From assembly GCA_016721875.1 (NCBI GenBank), contig JADKHG010000008.1, positions 24,390 through 88,389 of the forward strand: a stretch of 64,000 bases of DNA, given 5' to 3'. The DNA comes from Sphingomonadales bacterium. Lineage in GTDB: Bacteria > Pseudomonadota > Alphaproteobacteria > Sphingomonadales > Sphingomonadaceae. Position 1 is the stretch's first letter. Every line of letters begins with the position of its first letter. The position numbers were made by a program, and so were the translations under genes. The notes beneath the pieces were generated by a model, which saw only the letters and a program-made list of their open reading frames with translations, was not told where the DNA came from and did no database searches. Below, in pieces: positions 20,115 to 31,006 of the stretch.

Positions 20115-20536
20115 TCGCTCAACTCGCCGTCGCCACCGTCATGGTGATCCTGACAGTGATGATCCACGGCGCAGGGTTGGCGTTTCTCGGGCGGCTTTTG
20201 CAGAGCGAAGTCGCCGAGGAGCGGCAGCATCATGTGCCGTCGCTTTCGCGGCGCAATCTGTTTTTCACCGTCGGACTGGTGATAGCCCTGTTCGCGCTGC
20301 ACGGTGCCGAAATCTGGATCTACGCCTTTGTCTACGAAGCCATTGGTGCGATCAACGATCTGGAAACAGCGGTCTATTATTCAACGATCAGCTATGCGGG
20401 GATCGGCTATGACGACCGCTATATCCACACAGACTGGCGGCTGGTGAGCGCGATTGAAGGGATTAACGGGCTGTTGCTGCTCGGCTGGTCAACAGCCTTT
20501 TTCGTGACCATCGTCACCCGGCTGGGGCGCCGTTAG
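20111..20536 (+). CDS. minimal two-TM ion-channel (potassium-channel-like pore) protein
   Basis: 141 aa. Two TM flank a pore-helix/filter-like segment YYSTISYAGIGYDD. ATGA overlap with gloB. Confidence 0.6.
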   Translation: MIAQLAVATVMVILTVMIHGAGLAFLGRLLQSEVAEERQHHVPSLSRRNLFFTVGLVIALFALHGAEIWIYAFVYEAIGAINDLETAVYYSTISYAGIGYDDRYIHTDWRLVSAIEGINGLLLLGWSTAFFVTIVTRLGRR

Positions 20537-20938
20537 CGTTTGGCTGCACCCAGCCGCCGTGCCCAAACAGCATCAGCAGCACCGTCACGCCTTCGATAAT
20601 CATTGCCTGATTGTTGGCGGGTGAGCTTGGGTCGCCCATGGCCAGCCCGATAAGCCGACCGGCAAGTGCGGTCCCATACAGCGCGGCAGGGACATAGAGC
20701 AGGCGCGCCTTAGCCGGTTGCCATGCCGCCCATAGCGCGGACACTGCCGAGACAAGGAAAAAGGCGCCGAAGTCGAGCGGATCGTGTTGATCGATGCCCC
20801 CGGTCCTTGAACGCCGAATTGATCGAGAAAAACCTTCGGGTCCAATATGCCGCGAACTGCCAGCAAACCAAATCCAATACCCCACAGGCCGAACCAATAT
20901 ACGCAACAACAGTGATTTTCCCTCTCGCATGCAGGCAT
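20514..20938 (-). pseudogene. small 4-TM membrane protein (DUF4345-like), frameshifted
   Basis: ORF 20600-20980 (...VYWFGLWGIGFGLLAVRGILDPKVFLDQFGVQGPG) continues in ORF 20514-20930 (GIDQHDPLDFGAFFLVSAV...). One C is missing in the C5 run 20797-20801. The start is uncertain. Confidence 0.45.
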
Positions 20939-20998
20939 ATCGGGCAAATGGGTGACTGGCAACTGGACAGCGGCGGTCATCGCCTTTAACGGCCAGCC

Positions 20999-22570
20999 AT
21001 GTCTATCCAGCCATCCGACTCCATCCTTATCGTCGATTTCGGGTCACAGGTGACCCAGCTCATTGCCCGCCGCGTGCGCGAGGCTGGGGTGTATAGCGAG
21101 ATCGCCCCGTTCAACACCGCCGAAGAGGCGTTTAAGCGAATGAAGCCCAAGGGGATCATCCTCTCAGGCTCGCCCGCGTCGGTACCCGAAGACGGCAGCC
21201 CGCGCGCACCACAAAGCCTGTTCGATTCCGGCCTGCCGATCTTGGGCATTTGCTATGGCCAGCAGGTCATGTCGCACCAATTGGGCGGCGAGGTCCGCCC
21301 CGGGCATGAAACAGGGGAGGGGGGCGAATTTGGCCGTGCCTTCCTTACCGTGACCGAGGACTGCATCCTGTTCGACGGGCTGTGGCAGGTGGGCGAGCGG
21401 CATCAGGTGTGGATGAGCCATGGCGACAAGGTAACGCGCTTTGCCGATGGCTTCCGCATCGTTGCGACTTCGGACGGTGCGCCCTTTGCAGTAATCGCCG
21501 ACGATGCGCGGCGTTATTATGGCACGCAATTCCACCCCGAGGTCGTCCACACCCCCGATGGCGCAAAGCTGATCGCCAATTTCGTCCACAAGGTTTGCGG
21601 CCTGTCAGGCGACTGGACGATGGCCGAATTCCGCGCGACCAAAATCGCCGAGATCCGCGAACAGGTCGGCTCGGGCCGAGTGATCTGCGGCCTTTCGGGC
21701 GGGGTCGACAGCTCGGTTGCGGCAATCCTGATCCATGAAGCGATTGGCGAACAATTGACCTGCGTCTTCGTCGATCACGGGCTGTTGCGGTTGAACGAGC
21801 GCGAGCAGGTCGAAAGCCTTTTCCGCGACCATTACAACATCCCGCTCGTCGTGGTCGATGCCGAGGAGCGCTTCATGGCGGGGCCCGCGGGCGTGACGGA
21901 CCCGGAGAAGAAACGCAAATTCATCGGCGCCGAATTCATCAATGTGTTCGAGGAAGAGGCGAAGAAACTGGGTGGCGCGGATTTCCTCGCCCAAGGCACA
22001 CTCTATCCGGACGTAATCGAAAGCGTGTCCTTCACCGGCGGGCCATCGGTGACGATCAAATCGCACCACAATGTCGGCGGCCTTCCCGAACGCATGAACA
22101 TGCAACTGGTCGAGCCGTTGCGCGAACTCTTCAAGGACGAAGTGCGCGCGCTTGGTCGCGAATTGGGCCTCAACGACCAATTTGTCGGGCGCCATCCCTT
22201 CCCCGGCCCCGGCCTCGCTATCCGTATCCCCGGCGAAGTCACCAAGGAACGCTGCGACATTTTGCGCAAGGCCGACGCGGTCTATCTGGAGGAAATCCGG
22301 GGCGCAGGATTGTACGATGCGATCTGGCAGGCTTTCGCCGTGCTGCTGCCGGTGCGTACCGTCGGCGTCATGGGCGACTTCCGCACTTATGACAGCGTCT
22401 GCGCGTTGCGCGCGGTCAACTCGGTCGACGGCATGACCGCCGACATCTACCCCTTTGACGCAGCCTTTTTGTCGCGCGTCGCCACGCGGATCATCAACGA
22501 GGTGCAGGGGATCAACCGCGTGGTCTATGACTATACGTCGAAACCGCCGGGGACGATTGAGTGGGAGTGA
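20999..22570 (+). CDS. guaA: GMP synthase (glutamine-hydrolysing)
   Basis: 523 aa. GATase CYGQQ, ATP-PPase SGGVDSS, C-terminal ...KPPGTIEWE. Confidence 0.97.
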   Translation: MSIQPSDSILIVDFGSQVTQLIARRVREAGVYSEIAPFNTAEEAFKRMKPKGIILSGSPASVPEDGSPRAPQSLFDSGLPILGICYGQQVMSHQLGGEVRPGHETGEGGEFGRAFLTVTEDCILFDGLWQVGERHQVWMSHGDKVTRFADGFRIVATSDGAPFAVIADDARRYYGTQFHPEVVHTPDGAKLIANFVHKVCGLSGDWTMAEFRATKIAEIREQVGSGRVICGLSGGVDSSVAAILIHEAIGEQLTCVFVDHGLLRLNEREQVESLFRDHYNIPLVVVDAEERFMAGPAGVTDPEKKRKFIGAEFINVFEEEAKKLGGADFLAQGTLYPDVIESVSFTGGPSVTIKSHHNVGGLPERMNMQLVEPLRELFKDEVRALGRELGLNDQFVGRHPFPGPGLAIRIPGEVTKERCDILRKADAVYLEEIRGAGLYDAIWQAFAVLLPVRTVGVMGDFRTYDSVCALRAVNSVDGMTADIYPFDAAFLSRVATRIINEVQGINRVVYDYTSKPPGTIEWE

Positions 22571-23084
22571 AGGGAGAACGGCTACATTGGCGCGGTTTCC
22601 ATGGCGATTTTCGTAATTCCTTTATCAATCATCTCGTCTTTATTTTGCCTCCTTGTGCTTGCCCACTCCATTCTTGTCCCACCGAACCGATCTGCGCGTA
22701 ATCCCTGATCCAGTAACGCCGCTTTGATGGATGGTTGTGCTCCGGCGAAAATCGCGTGCACGAAGGCGCAACTGATAGTCGACTACCGGGCTGGTTTGCG
22801 CTCCCGGCATGGTCGCTCGCGCTTTCAGGGCCGCAACGATGCCTATGTCAGACGATGCTGACTGTCCGCTCCACCTCCAGACTATCTGCAAAGCGGACAT
22901 TGTAATCCGACGCATTTGTCATTTACGGCAAAAACCCCAAAAAACTAATGCAAATTCCATAACCGAAGGGAATGGAATGGTCACAAATTTTTGGTGACTT
23001 TTCCTTGTAAATCGGGCGGTTCGATGCGATGCCTCGGGTAAATTCATAGACCGTGTGGGGACGGTTAAGGGAGGCAAATCGAAA

Positions 23085-26078
23085 ATGTCCAAAATTTCAC
23101 TGCGCGCCGGCTTATTGCTCGGCTGTTCTTTGCTGGCGTCGACCCCGGTGCTTGCTCAAAGTCCCGCTTCGTCGCCTCAGCCTGATCAGCCGGTTGCAGA
23201 AGCTGAAGACAGCATCGTCGTTGTAGGCAGCCGCATCGAAGGTTCAAAAATCGCTGAAACCTTGCCGGTCTCCGTTTTGAGCGAGGACAGGATTGCCGCA
23301 ACTGGCAGCGTTTCGGGCGATGATCTGTTCCGCTCGATTCCGCAGGCTGGTGATGTGCAGTTTCAGGAAGCGCGCACCACGGGCAATCTTAACGATGCGC
23401 GCGGAGACAATGCGTCGATCAATCTGCGCAATGTCGGTACCGGAAATACACTGGTCCTGGTCAACGGGCGACGGATGATCCTTTCGCCCGGTACGCAAAC
23501 GGAAAATTTTGTTCCCGTGCAAACCGCCAACACAAATTCGCTTCCTGTAGGCGCAACCCGCCGGGTCGAAGTGTTGCGTGATGGCGCCGCTGCCATTTAC
23601 GGCGCGGACGCCGTTGCCGGTGTTATCAACGTGGTAACCAACGATAAATATCAGGGACTTCGCTTCGACGCGCGCTACGGTTTTGCTGACGGAATGAGTG
23701 AGTCAACCGGTGCGGTCAGAGCGGGTATCAAAACGAAATCGGGCGGCCATTTCACGTTTTTCGGCAGCTATACCCACCGTACGCCCTTGTTCGCCAGCGA
23801 ACGGCCGTTTTCAGCAAGTGAGAACCACATGCCTGCGTTGGTTGGTACGCCATGGGAAGGTGACACATCGTTCGACAACCGCTCGACATCGTCGCCTTGG
23901 GGTAGCTTTACGACGGTTCCCGTCACCGCAGTGCGGCAGGGAACGGTGGCGCTAACGGCCACTGGCGTTTTTCATATCGAACCAACCGCCAACACCGCGG
24001 CGGGTTGCTCCAGCACGGTGATCAGCGGTAATCTGTGCCTGCGAAGCGGAACCATCACCGGCGCGAATGATCGCGTGCTGCGCTATGATGAAAATCCTGA
24101 CCGGACGATCCGTGGCGGACTGGACCGGATCAACCTGTTCAGTACCTTCCGTCAGGAAATCGGATCGGTAGAGCTGTTCGGCGAAGCCGGTTATTACCAT
24201 GCCGAACTCGACGGCCAACGTGAACAGTCTGCGCCGATCTCGAGCGCTGTCATTACCATTCCTGCCAGCAATTTTTATAATCCCTTTGGTCCCACGACAC
24301 TAAACGGCGTGGCCAATCCCAATCGTTTGGCCGGACTCACAGCTGTGCCTGCTGCTGGATTGCCTTTGCGAATTACGACCTATCGCCCAGTTGATACCGG
24401 ACCCCGGCAATTCACTGTCACCGATGACAGCTTCCGCACGCTTTTGGGCGTTCGCGGCGAGTGGGGCAATTTCAAATGGGATTCGGCAGCCACCTATTCG
24501 TGGGCGCGCACGGATGATCACACGCGCAACGCCATCAGTAACACTTTGTTTCAGGCCGCACTAGCGCGAACGACCGCCGATGCTTACAACCCGTTCAATG
24601 GCGGCAGCCAGCCGACTTTTTCGCTGGGTGATGGTACGGCAAACAGCGCGGCGACCATCGATTCTTTCCTCGTTGATGTTCACAGGATCAGCAAGACGTC
24701 GCTCGGCACCGTCGATTTCCGGATCTCCAATTCCGAGATTTTCAGTCTCCCCGCCGGGCGTGTTGGTTTTGCAAGTGGGGTCGAATACCGGCGTGAAACC
24801 TATGAAGACAATCGCGATGATCGTCTGGATGGCACCACCACATATACCGACAGCGTGACCGGGATCCGCTATGGCACCGACATCATGGGCGCCAGCCCTG
24901 CACCCGATGTGAAGGCGCACCGTTCGGTATTTTCGGCCTATGCCGAGCTTGCCGTGCCATTGATTTCGGAAGACATGAATATTCCGCTTGTCCAGTCGCT
25001 CGATCTGCAGCTTGCGGCGCGCGATGAGCATTATTCGGATTTCGGCAATGTCCTGAAATCCAAGATTGCGGGTGCATGGACAGTGATGGATGGAATCAAA
25101 TTCCGATCAGCCTGGTCGCAAAGCTTCCGCGCGCCCAATCTGGCCCAATTCTATAGCGCAGGCACGCAGGTTTCGAACACACGCACCGATTTTGCAGCTT
25201 GCCGGATTAATCCAGCGACTGCTTGTTCCGGTGTCAGCACGCTTGAGGTCCGGTCTGGAAACCAAAGCCTTGAGCCTGAAAATGCAGAGACATTTTCCGC
25301 TGGTGTGATCATGCAGCCTCGGCGGAACCTGACGCTGACATTGGATTTCTGGTCGTTGCGATCCAAAGGTGTGATTGGCCTGCAAGGCGCGCAGAACCAG
25401 ATTTTGTTCGATCTTCTGGAACGGCTGGGTGGCCGCAGCAATCCCAATGTTGTTCGTCTGGCACCTGTCGGAACGCAAGTGATCGGCACGATTGACTATG
25501 TTCAGGACAATTATTTCAACCTCGGCCCGCGGGTGTTGAAAGGACTGGATTTCGCTGTCAGTTATGACGTGAAAAATACCCCCTTGGGCAATTTCAATAT
25601 CGATCTTTCTGCATCGAAATTGCTGAAGTTTGAACAATCGGCATCTGAATTGCAGGCGCAACTGATCGCGGCAAACGCGGCAGGTACCTTGGGTTCGGGT
25701 GTGACCATCTCGCAGGCGGGAAGCCAGATTCAGGTCAATGGCAACCCCGAGTGGCGGCTGAGCGGCAACCTGACATGGAAGTCGGGTCCGGTCAGTGCAG
25801 GCGTGCTGGTCAACTATGTTGGTTCGGTTTTTGATACCGGAACGGCACAGGTGAATGGCCAGTTCTACAAATTGCCAAGCTTCACAACAGTAAACAGCTA
25901 TTTGCAGTATCGCGCAGGCGACGATCAGGGTGCGTTTTCGGGCACGCGTTTCCGCGTCGGCGCGCGCAACCTGTTCGACAAACAGCCACCGCTGGCATCC
26001 ACCAATTACGGCTTCCTGGGTTCGCTGCACGATGCCGTCGGCCGGTTCGTTTATTTCGAACTGTCGAAGGAATTTTGA
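23085..26078 (+). CDS. TonB-dependent receptor
   Basis: Start ATG 23085 behind AAGGGAGG. Signal peptide MSKISLRAGLLLGCSLLASTPVLAQ. Plug region IVVVGSR...VEVLRDGAAAIYGADAVAGVINVVT. Terminal ...FVYFELSKEF. Confidence 0.9.
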   Translation: MSKISLRAGLLLGCSLLASTPVLAQSPASSPQPDQPVAEAEDSIVVVGSRIEGSKIAETLPVSVLSEDRIAATGSVSGDDLFRSIPQAGDVQFQEARTTGNLNDARGDNASINLRNVGTGNTLVLVNGRRMILSPGTQTENFVPVQTANTNSLPVGATRRVEVLRDGAAAIYGADAVAGVINVVTNDKYQGLRFDARYGFADGMSESTGAVRAGIKTKSGGHFTFFGSYTHRTPLFASERPFSASENHMPALVGTPWEGDTSFDNRSTSSPWGSFTTVPVTAVRQGTVALTATGVFHIEPTANTAAGCSSTVISGNLCLRSGTITGANDRVLRYDENPDRTIRGGLDRINLFSTFRQEIGSVELFGEAGYYHAELDGQREQSAPISSAVITIPASNFYNPFGPTTLNGVANPNRLAGLTAVPAAGLPLRITTYRPVDTGPRQFTVTDDSFRTLLGVRGEWGNFKWDSAATYSWARTDDHTRNAISNTLFQAALARTTADAYNPFNGGSQPTFSLGDGTANSAATIDSFLVDVHRISKTSLGTVDFRISNSEIFSLPAGRVGFASGVEYRRETYEDNRDDRLDGTTTYTDSVTGIRYGTDIMGASPAPDVKAHRSVFSAYAELAVPLISEDMNIPLVQSLDLQLAARDEHYSDFGNVLKSKIAGAWTVMDGIKFRSAWSQSFRAPNLAQFYSAGTQVSNTRTDFAACRINPATACSGVSTLEVRSGNQSLEPENAETFSAGVIMQPRRNLTLTLDFWSLRSKGVIGLQGAQNQILFDLLERLGGRSNPNVVRLAPVGTQVIGTIDYVQDNYFNLGPRVLKGLDFAVSYDVKNTPLGNFNIDLSASKLLKFEQSASELQAQLIAANAAGTLGSGVTISQAGSQIQVNGNPEWRLSGNLTWKSGPVSAGVLVNYVGSVFDTGTAQVNGQFYKLPSFTTVNSYLQYRAGDDQGAFSGTRFRVGARNLFDKQPPLASTNYGFLGSLHDAVGRFVYFELSKEF

Positions 26079-26145
26079 TCACAGGCGTGCACGGCAATCC
26101 TTCAAATAACGGCTGTCGTGCAGCCAATGTGATTGATTCACCGAT

Positions 26146-27027
26146 ATGAGGCTGAGGCAGATCGAAGTGTTCCATGCCGTTTACGCGAACGGTTCGATCA
26201 GCGCCGCTGCGCGCGGACTAAATGTCTCGCAACCAGCGGTCAGCAAAGTCCTCCGCCATACCGAAACACAGCTTGGTATCAGGCTGTTTGACCTTGTGCG
26301 CGGACGCCTTGTCCCAACCGATGAAGCGCACGCGCTGTTTCGTGAAGTGGACGAGGTGTTCGGCCGCATAGCGTCACTGCAAATCACCGCAAACAATCTG
26401 CGCAACGCCGGTGCGGGCCATTTGCGGATAGGAGTGGCTCCATCGCTTGGGCTGGAAATTGCACCTGCTGCGATATCAGCGTTCCGCAAGAAGTTTCCCA
26501 GCGTCACTTTCGATATCAAAACACTGCATCATAATGATGTATTGCGCGCGTTGTACGAACGCGAATGTGATCTTGCGATCGGCTATGATCCACCGGATCA
26601 CCCGCGATTGAAATCGAGAAAGCTGTCAGCGGCCCAACTTTACCTGATCGCCCGACCGGGTCATTTTCCGTCCGTGTCTGAAACGCTGGATATTGCAGAA
26701 CTGAGCGGATTGGAAATCGTCAGTGTCAACGGCAGCGGACCGATTGGTGATTTGGTCGAAACTGCGCTCGAAAAGGCGCAAGTTGAAGTGCGAGAGATTA
26801 TATCGGTCGGCACCTATTACATCGCCGCGGCATTGGTCCGGTTCGGCTCCGGGGTCGCAATCGTTGATGAGTTTACCGCCCGGTCAATGGTGAGTCATGG
26901 GTTGGACACAATCGAGATCTCACCCGAAATGCGGTTTGGCGTCCATGCAATATGGCTGGAAGATCGACCTCCATCCAAACTGGGTCTGCGTTTCGTTAAA
27001 GCGATCGAAGAAGCATTGCAGAAATAG
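26146..27027 (+). CDS. LysR family transcriptional regulator
   Basis: N-terminal HTH MRLRQIEVFHAVYANGSISAAARGLNVSQPAVSKVLRHTE with a LysR substrate-binding C-terminus. Confidence 0.9.
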   Translation: MRLRQIEVFHAVYANGSISAAARGLNVSQPAVSKVLRHTETQLGIRLFDLVRGRLVPTDEAHALFREVDEVFGRIASLQITANNLRNAGAGHLRIGVAPSLGLEIAPAAISAFRKKFPSVTFDIKTLHHNDVLRALYERECDLAIGYDPPDHPRLKSRKLSAAQLYLIARPGHFPSVSETLDIAELSGLEIVSVNGSGPIGDLVETALEKAQVEVREIISVGTYYIAAALVRFGSGVAIVDEFTARSMVSHGLDTIEISPEMRFGVHAIWLEDRPPSKLGLRFVKAIEEALQK

Positions 27028-27171
27028 CACCTGCGCACCGAATATCGCTCTCTATTGCCCTTAACCCAAAGCTATGGCCCGGATGTATATTTGTTCGGTC
27101 ATGACGCTTGCTCTTGTCCGCTCCCACTTTAGCAAGAATGCATGGTCCGGGAAAAAACCTCCGGTGCAAAT

Positions 27172-28389
27172 ATGCCCCCCCGTCGCGCACTTGTCGTAGG
27201 AGCCGGGGTAGTCGGTGTGGCGACAGCTTATGCCTTGGCACGACGCGGCGCAGAAGTGACAATCCTCGACAAAGGTGACGCGCCCGGTAGCGGAGCGTCA
27301 TTCGCAAATGGCGCACAGCTCAGCTATATTTACACCGAGGCATTGGCAAACAGCACTCTTTTGAAACGATTGCCCGCGCTGGCCCTGGGTCTCGATAGCG
27401 GATTTCGCTTGAGGCCCGTATACGATCCTTGTCAGATCCGGTGGTTGTTACAATTTCTGCGTAATTGTACGCAACGCCGGTTTCTGGCAAACACCTTGGC
27501 GGGCATGGAACTTGGCTTGGAATCGCGCTTGGCGATGCAAGCATTACTGTCGCGGCATTCTGTAGACTTCGGCCACAAGGCAGCGGGCAAAATATTGATT
27601 TATCAGGATCGTGAAGCGTTTCGTTCGGCGTGCGAGTTGGTTGAAATAAGACAGCGCCATGGCGCCGAACAGGAGATATTGTCGCCCGACGAGGCCGTCC
27701 GGACAGAATCTCCGCTGACCGACCAACGGCAAAAATTTGTCGGAGCAATTTATTCCCCACAAGAGGAGTTGGGAGATCCTAACAGATTTTGCTGTGCGCT
27801 ACTGGCCCTTTTGCAGCAAGACTATGGTGTGCAGGTGAAACTGGAAACTATGGTTGAAAGCTGGAAAATCGAAAATGAATCGGTGATTGTTGAGACTAAA
27901 GCTGGCGAGCAGATTGTTTCCAGCCAGATTGTGATTTGTGCTGGGATTGAAGCTGGGTCACTTTTGAAAAAGCACCGCTTGGGAAGCGCTTTGATGCCGA
28001 TGAAGGGCTATTCGATTACGGCTCCACGCGGACAAGCCGCACCGACAATGAGCATTACCGACGTCGCCAGAAAAGTCGTTTTCTGTCCTCTTGATGGCAA
28101 GGTTCGCATCGCCGGCCTCGCAGAATTGGGAGTGCGTAACGCCCTGATCGACCCACGGCGTGTTGAAAAATTGAAATCAATAGCCGCCGATGCGTTGCCA
28201 GAAGCGGCAGATTATAAAGCATCGAACGGGGGGTGGGCCGGCATTCGTCCGATGACCGCAAATTCGCTTCCCCTCATTCGAAAAGTAGCGCCAAGGGTTA
28301 CAATCAATGTTGGCCATGGCATGCTGGGCTGGACATATGCGATGGGATCAGCCGAACGGGTTGCTCGATTGATGGGGGGACTGGAATGA
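27172..28389 (+). CDS. FAD-dependent D-amino-acid dehydrogenase-like oxidoreductase
   Basis: Rossmann VVGAGVVGVATAYALARRGAEVTILD. DAO family, with length and GHGMLGWT as in DadA. Stop overlaps the ggt start. Confidence 0.8.
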   Translation: MPPRRALVVGAGVVGVATAYALARRGAEVTILDKGDAPGSGASFANGAQLSYIYTEALANSTLLKRLPALALGLDSGFRLRPVYDPCQIRWLLQFLRNCTQRRFLANTLAGMELGLESRLAMQALLSRHSVDFGHKAAGKILIYQDREAFRSACELVEIRQRHGAEQEILSPDEAVRTESPLTDQRQKFVGAIYSPQEELGDPNRFCCALLALLQQDYGVQVKLETMVESWKIENESVIVETKAGEQIVSSQIVICAGIEAGSLLKKHRLGSALMPMKGYSITAPRGQAAPTMSITDVARKVVFCPLDGKVRIAGLAELGVRNALIDPRRVEKLKSIAADALPEAADYKASNGGWAGIRPMTANSLPLIRKVAPRVTINVGHGMLGWTYAMGSAERVARLMGGLE

Positions 28390-30137
28390 CTGGAATAATT
28401 GAAAAATGCAGGCACGCGGTTTTCGCCTTGCTAACGGCCATTATACTGACTGCATCCCCGGCCATCGCGCAAAAGAAACAACTGCTCGAATATCCCAGCA
28501 TCCATTCGCCGGTGGTTGGTGCAAAGGGCATGGTCGTCTCGCAAAATGCCATTGCCTCGGATGTCGGCGCAGACATTCTGCGTCGTGGCGGCAATGCCGT
28601 TGATGCGGCTGTCGCAATCGGCTTTGCCCTTGCCGTCACGCTGCCTCGCGCGGGCAATATCGGGGGTGACGGGTTCATGCTCGTCCACGATGCCAAAAGC
28701 GGCGAACAGGTCTTTTTCGATTTCCGGTCGGTCGCACCCAAAGCCGCTACATTGGCGATGTATGTTGACAATAAGGGGGAAGAATCCAAGGTCGCTGGTC
28801 GAGGCTATCTGGCACCGTCGGTTCCCGGCACCGTCGCGGGTCTCGACATGGCGCACAAGAAATTTGGCAAACTGCCTTGGGCCGATGTCGTTGCCCCCTC
28901 AATCACATTGGCACGCAACGGCGTTGCCTTGACCCCCGATGAGGCGTTCGTTTTTGATTGGGGCAAGGAGCGGCTTTCGACCAGCACCGCCGCCAAGGCC
29001 GCCTATTATAAATCCGATGGTTCGCTGTATCGTGCCGGAGAAAAGCTGAAACAGCCCGATCTCGCCTGGACCCTGACCCAGATTGCGAAGCACGGGGCCG
29101 ATGGCTTTTACAAGGGACCGGTTGCAGAGCGCTTTGCAGCGGATATGAAGGCCAATGGCGGGTTCATAACCAAAGACGATCTCGCTGCCTATCGCGCGGT
29201 TGAGCGAAAGCCGTTGCGGGGATCCTATCGCGGGCTTGAGGTTGTGACTGCACCCCCCGCAAGCGCAGGCGGCGCAACCTTGCTCAACATGCTAAACATC
29301 TTGGAGGGCTTTGACCTCAAACCAAATGGCGTCGGTTCGGCGCAATCGCTGCACATCATGGCAGAGGCGATGAAGCTGGGATATGCAGATCGCTACCGCA
29401 TATTGGGTGACACCGATTTCGTTACCACCCCGGTGCAAGGCTTCATTTCCAAATCCTATGCTGCGTCGCGCGCCAAGCTGATCGATCCTGAAAAAGCCAA
29501 GCCGGTCGACCAAATGGGCGCTGGTGATCCGTTGAAATTTGAAAGTCCTTCGACCACACATTTCTCCGTTGCCGATGCGCAGGGCAATGTTGTTTCGACT
29601 ACCTATACGCTGGGTGCGGATTTTGGCTCCGGCGTGATGATTGCCGGAACGGGAATATTGCTCAACAACCAGATGAACAATTTCTCGCATGAGCAAACCG
29701 CGAAGGCTCTGCGCGAAGGCGCACCTCCGCCGCCCAATGCAATGGCACCGGGCAAAAGAATGTTGTCGACGATGATGCCAACGATCGTGTTGAAAAATGG
29801 CAAGCCATGGCTCGTTACCGGTACGCCGGGAGGCAGCACGATAATCGACACGGTTTTGCAGGTGATCGTCAACGTCGTCGATTTCAACCTCAATGTTGAA
29901 GAAGCAACGCATCAGCCGCGGATATTTCAGGATAGCAGCGACAAGTTGCGCGTTGAACCGAACTTTAACCCCGACACGGTTCGCATTTTGCAAGCCAAAG
30001 GCCACACCATTACATCGGACGAAACCATGGGCAGCGCACAATCGATCATGATTGAAAACGGACTGTTTTTGGGAGCTGCGGATCCCAGGCGCCCCGGAGC
30101 CCTCGCCATCCCACCCGAGCGCAAGCAACCGCGCTAG
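28386..30137 (+). CDS. ggt: gamma-glutamyltranspeptidase (second paralogue, intact)
   Basis: Start ATG 28386. Signal peptide. Nucleophile region STTHFSVADAQGNVVSTTYTLG. GTPGGSTIIDTVLQ. Confidence 0.9.
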   Translation: MTGIIEKCRHAVFALLTAIILTASPAIAQKKQLLEYPSIHSPVVGAKGMVVSQNAIASDVGADILRRGGNAVDAAVAIGFALAVTLPRAGNIGGDGFMLVHDAKSGEQVFFDFRSVAPKAATLAMYVDNKGEESKVAGRGYLAPSVPGTVAGLDMAHKKFGKLPWADVVAPSITLARNGVALTPDEAFVFDWGKERLSTSTAAKAAYYKSDGSLYRAGEKLKQPDLAWTLTQIAKHGADGFYKGPVAERFAADMKANGGFITKDDLAAYRAVERKPLRGSYRGLEVVTAPPASAGGATLLNMLNILEGFDLKPNGVGSAQSLHIMAEAMKLGYADRYRILGDTDFVTTPVQGFISKSYAASRAKLIDPEKAKPVDQMGAGDPLKFESPSTTHFSVADAQGNVVSTTYTLGADFGSGVMIAGTGILLNNQMNNFSHEQTAKALREGAPPPPNAMAPGKRMLSTMMPTIVLKNGKPWLVTGTPGGSTIIDTVLQVIVNVVDFNLNVEEATHQPRIFQDSSDKLRVEPNFNPDTVRILQAKGHTITSDETMGSAQSIMIENGLFLGAADPRRPGALAIPPERKQPR

Positions 30138-30412
30138 CACGAAGAAGTTTGCGCTGATCGTTTTTGGCGATGTAAAATGCGAATTCGAACTGCATAATGA
30201 TATGCATATGGATGATAGCACGCATTAGGTGAGGCAAACGCCGAATTGCTGACTTTGAGTGATTGATGACTACCTCTCACACGTGCGGCAAGACGGCCAC
30301 TGACTTTCTGTTTTTCGCCAGCTGATGGCAAATTGTCAAAATCCGACGTTCTCCGCGGAGCATTGAATTAAATAGCCATTTAAGGTTGCGTTAAACCGGT
30401 GCGCCGGAGCCA

Positions 30413-31006
30413 TTACACACCGCCGGTGCACGTCCCCGCATAGTCGGTGGTCGCCTTCATACCGCCAAACGATTTGGTTGAGCTGGCGCTGAACTCACCG
30501 GTATTCCTGTGGATACGTGGGGAAGCGCTCCATTCCCACTGCTTCCCAAAAGAAGTAGATTTGCTAGGATCGATGCCTTCAATCCAGCCAACAATTGTCA
30601 TTACCCGCCAATCGCCCTCGTCGACGAGGCTAAACCTGTGCTGCCTATCGATCGCACCGTTGCCTCCATAGACCAAAGATCCGTCGTCCAGCGCCGAAAT
30701 CGTGAACTGCCGCTGCTCTGTTGTGGCCGGGCTGCCGATCATCTTACGCGTCACATCGACAGTGCAATAATAGGCCGCCTTGATCGATTTTGGTACCTTC
30801 ACCTGGGATACTTCCGGCGGACCTTGCTTCAGCTTGTCGGGCTCTGTGGATTGCACTGGTCGATTGGACGGAACGCGGGCGGGTACAGTACTCGTCCTTG
30901 TCCGAATCTGTTGCCCGTCGGCACCGGTTCGCGCGGCCGCTGGAGCTGTGGCGGAGGACGCAGCGAGGAGGCTGGCTATCATTCCTTGCTTCAAAATCTT
31001 GATCAC
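30413..31006 (-). CDS. secreted hypothetical protein
   Basis: 197 aa. Signal peptide MIKILKQGMIASLLAASSATAPAAA, Pro/Thr-rich linker, no recognised domain. Confidence 0.5.
   Translation of the reverse strand: MIKILKQGMIASLLAASSATAPAAARTGADGQQIRTRTSTVPARVPSNRPVQSTEPDKLKQGPPEVSQVKVPKSIKAAYYCTVDVTRKMIGSPATTEQRQFTISALDDGSLVYGGNGAIDRQHRFSLVDEGDWRVMTIVGWIEGIDPSKSTSFGKQWEWSASPRIHRNTGEFSASSTKSFGGMKATTDYAGTCTGGV

Noticed and set aside
22614-22640. Similarity between AATTCCTTTATCAATCAT after guaA and the reverse complement of the tRNA-fragment region (AATTCCTACTATCGGGATCAATGAT), considered as possible att repeats bounding a 16-kb island.
   Set aside because: The match is short and gapped, and the two copies are in inverted orientation. 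Site-specific integration would leave direct repeats.
22640-22915. 91-aa minus-strand ORF in the guaA / TonB-receptor intergenic region. I considered it as an integrase remnant, because guaA 3' ends are known island insertion sites.
   Set aside because: I could read no integrase or other motif in any of the six frames. I also found no direct repeat of the guaA 3' end elsewhere in the window.
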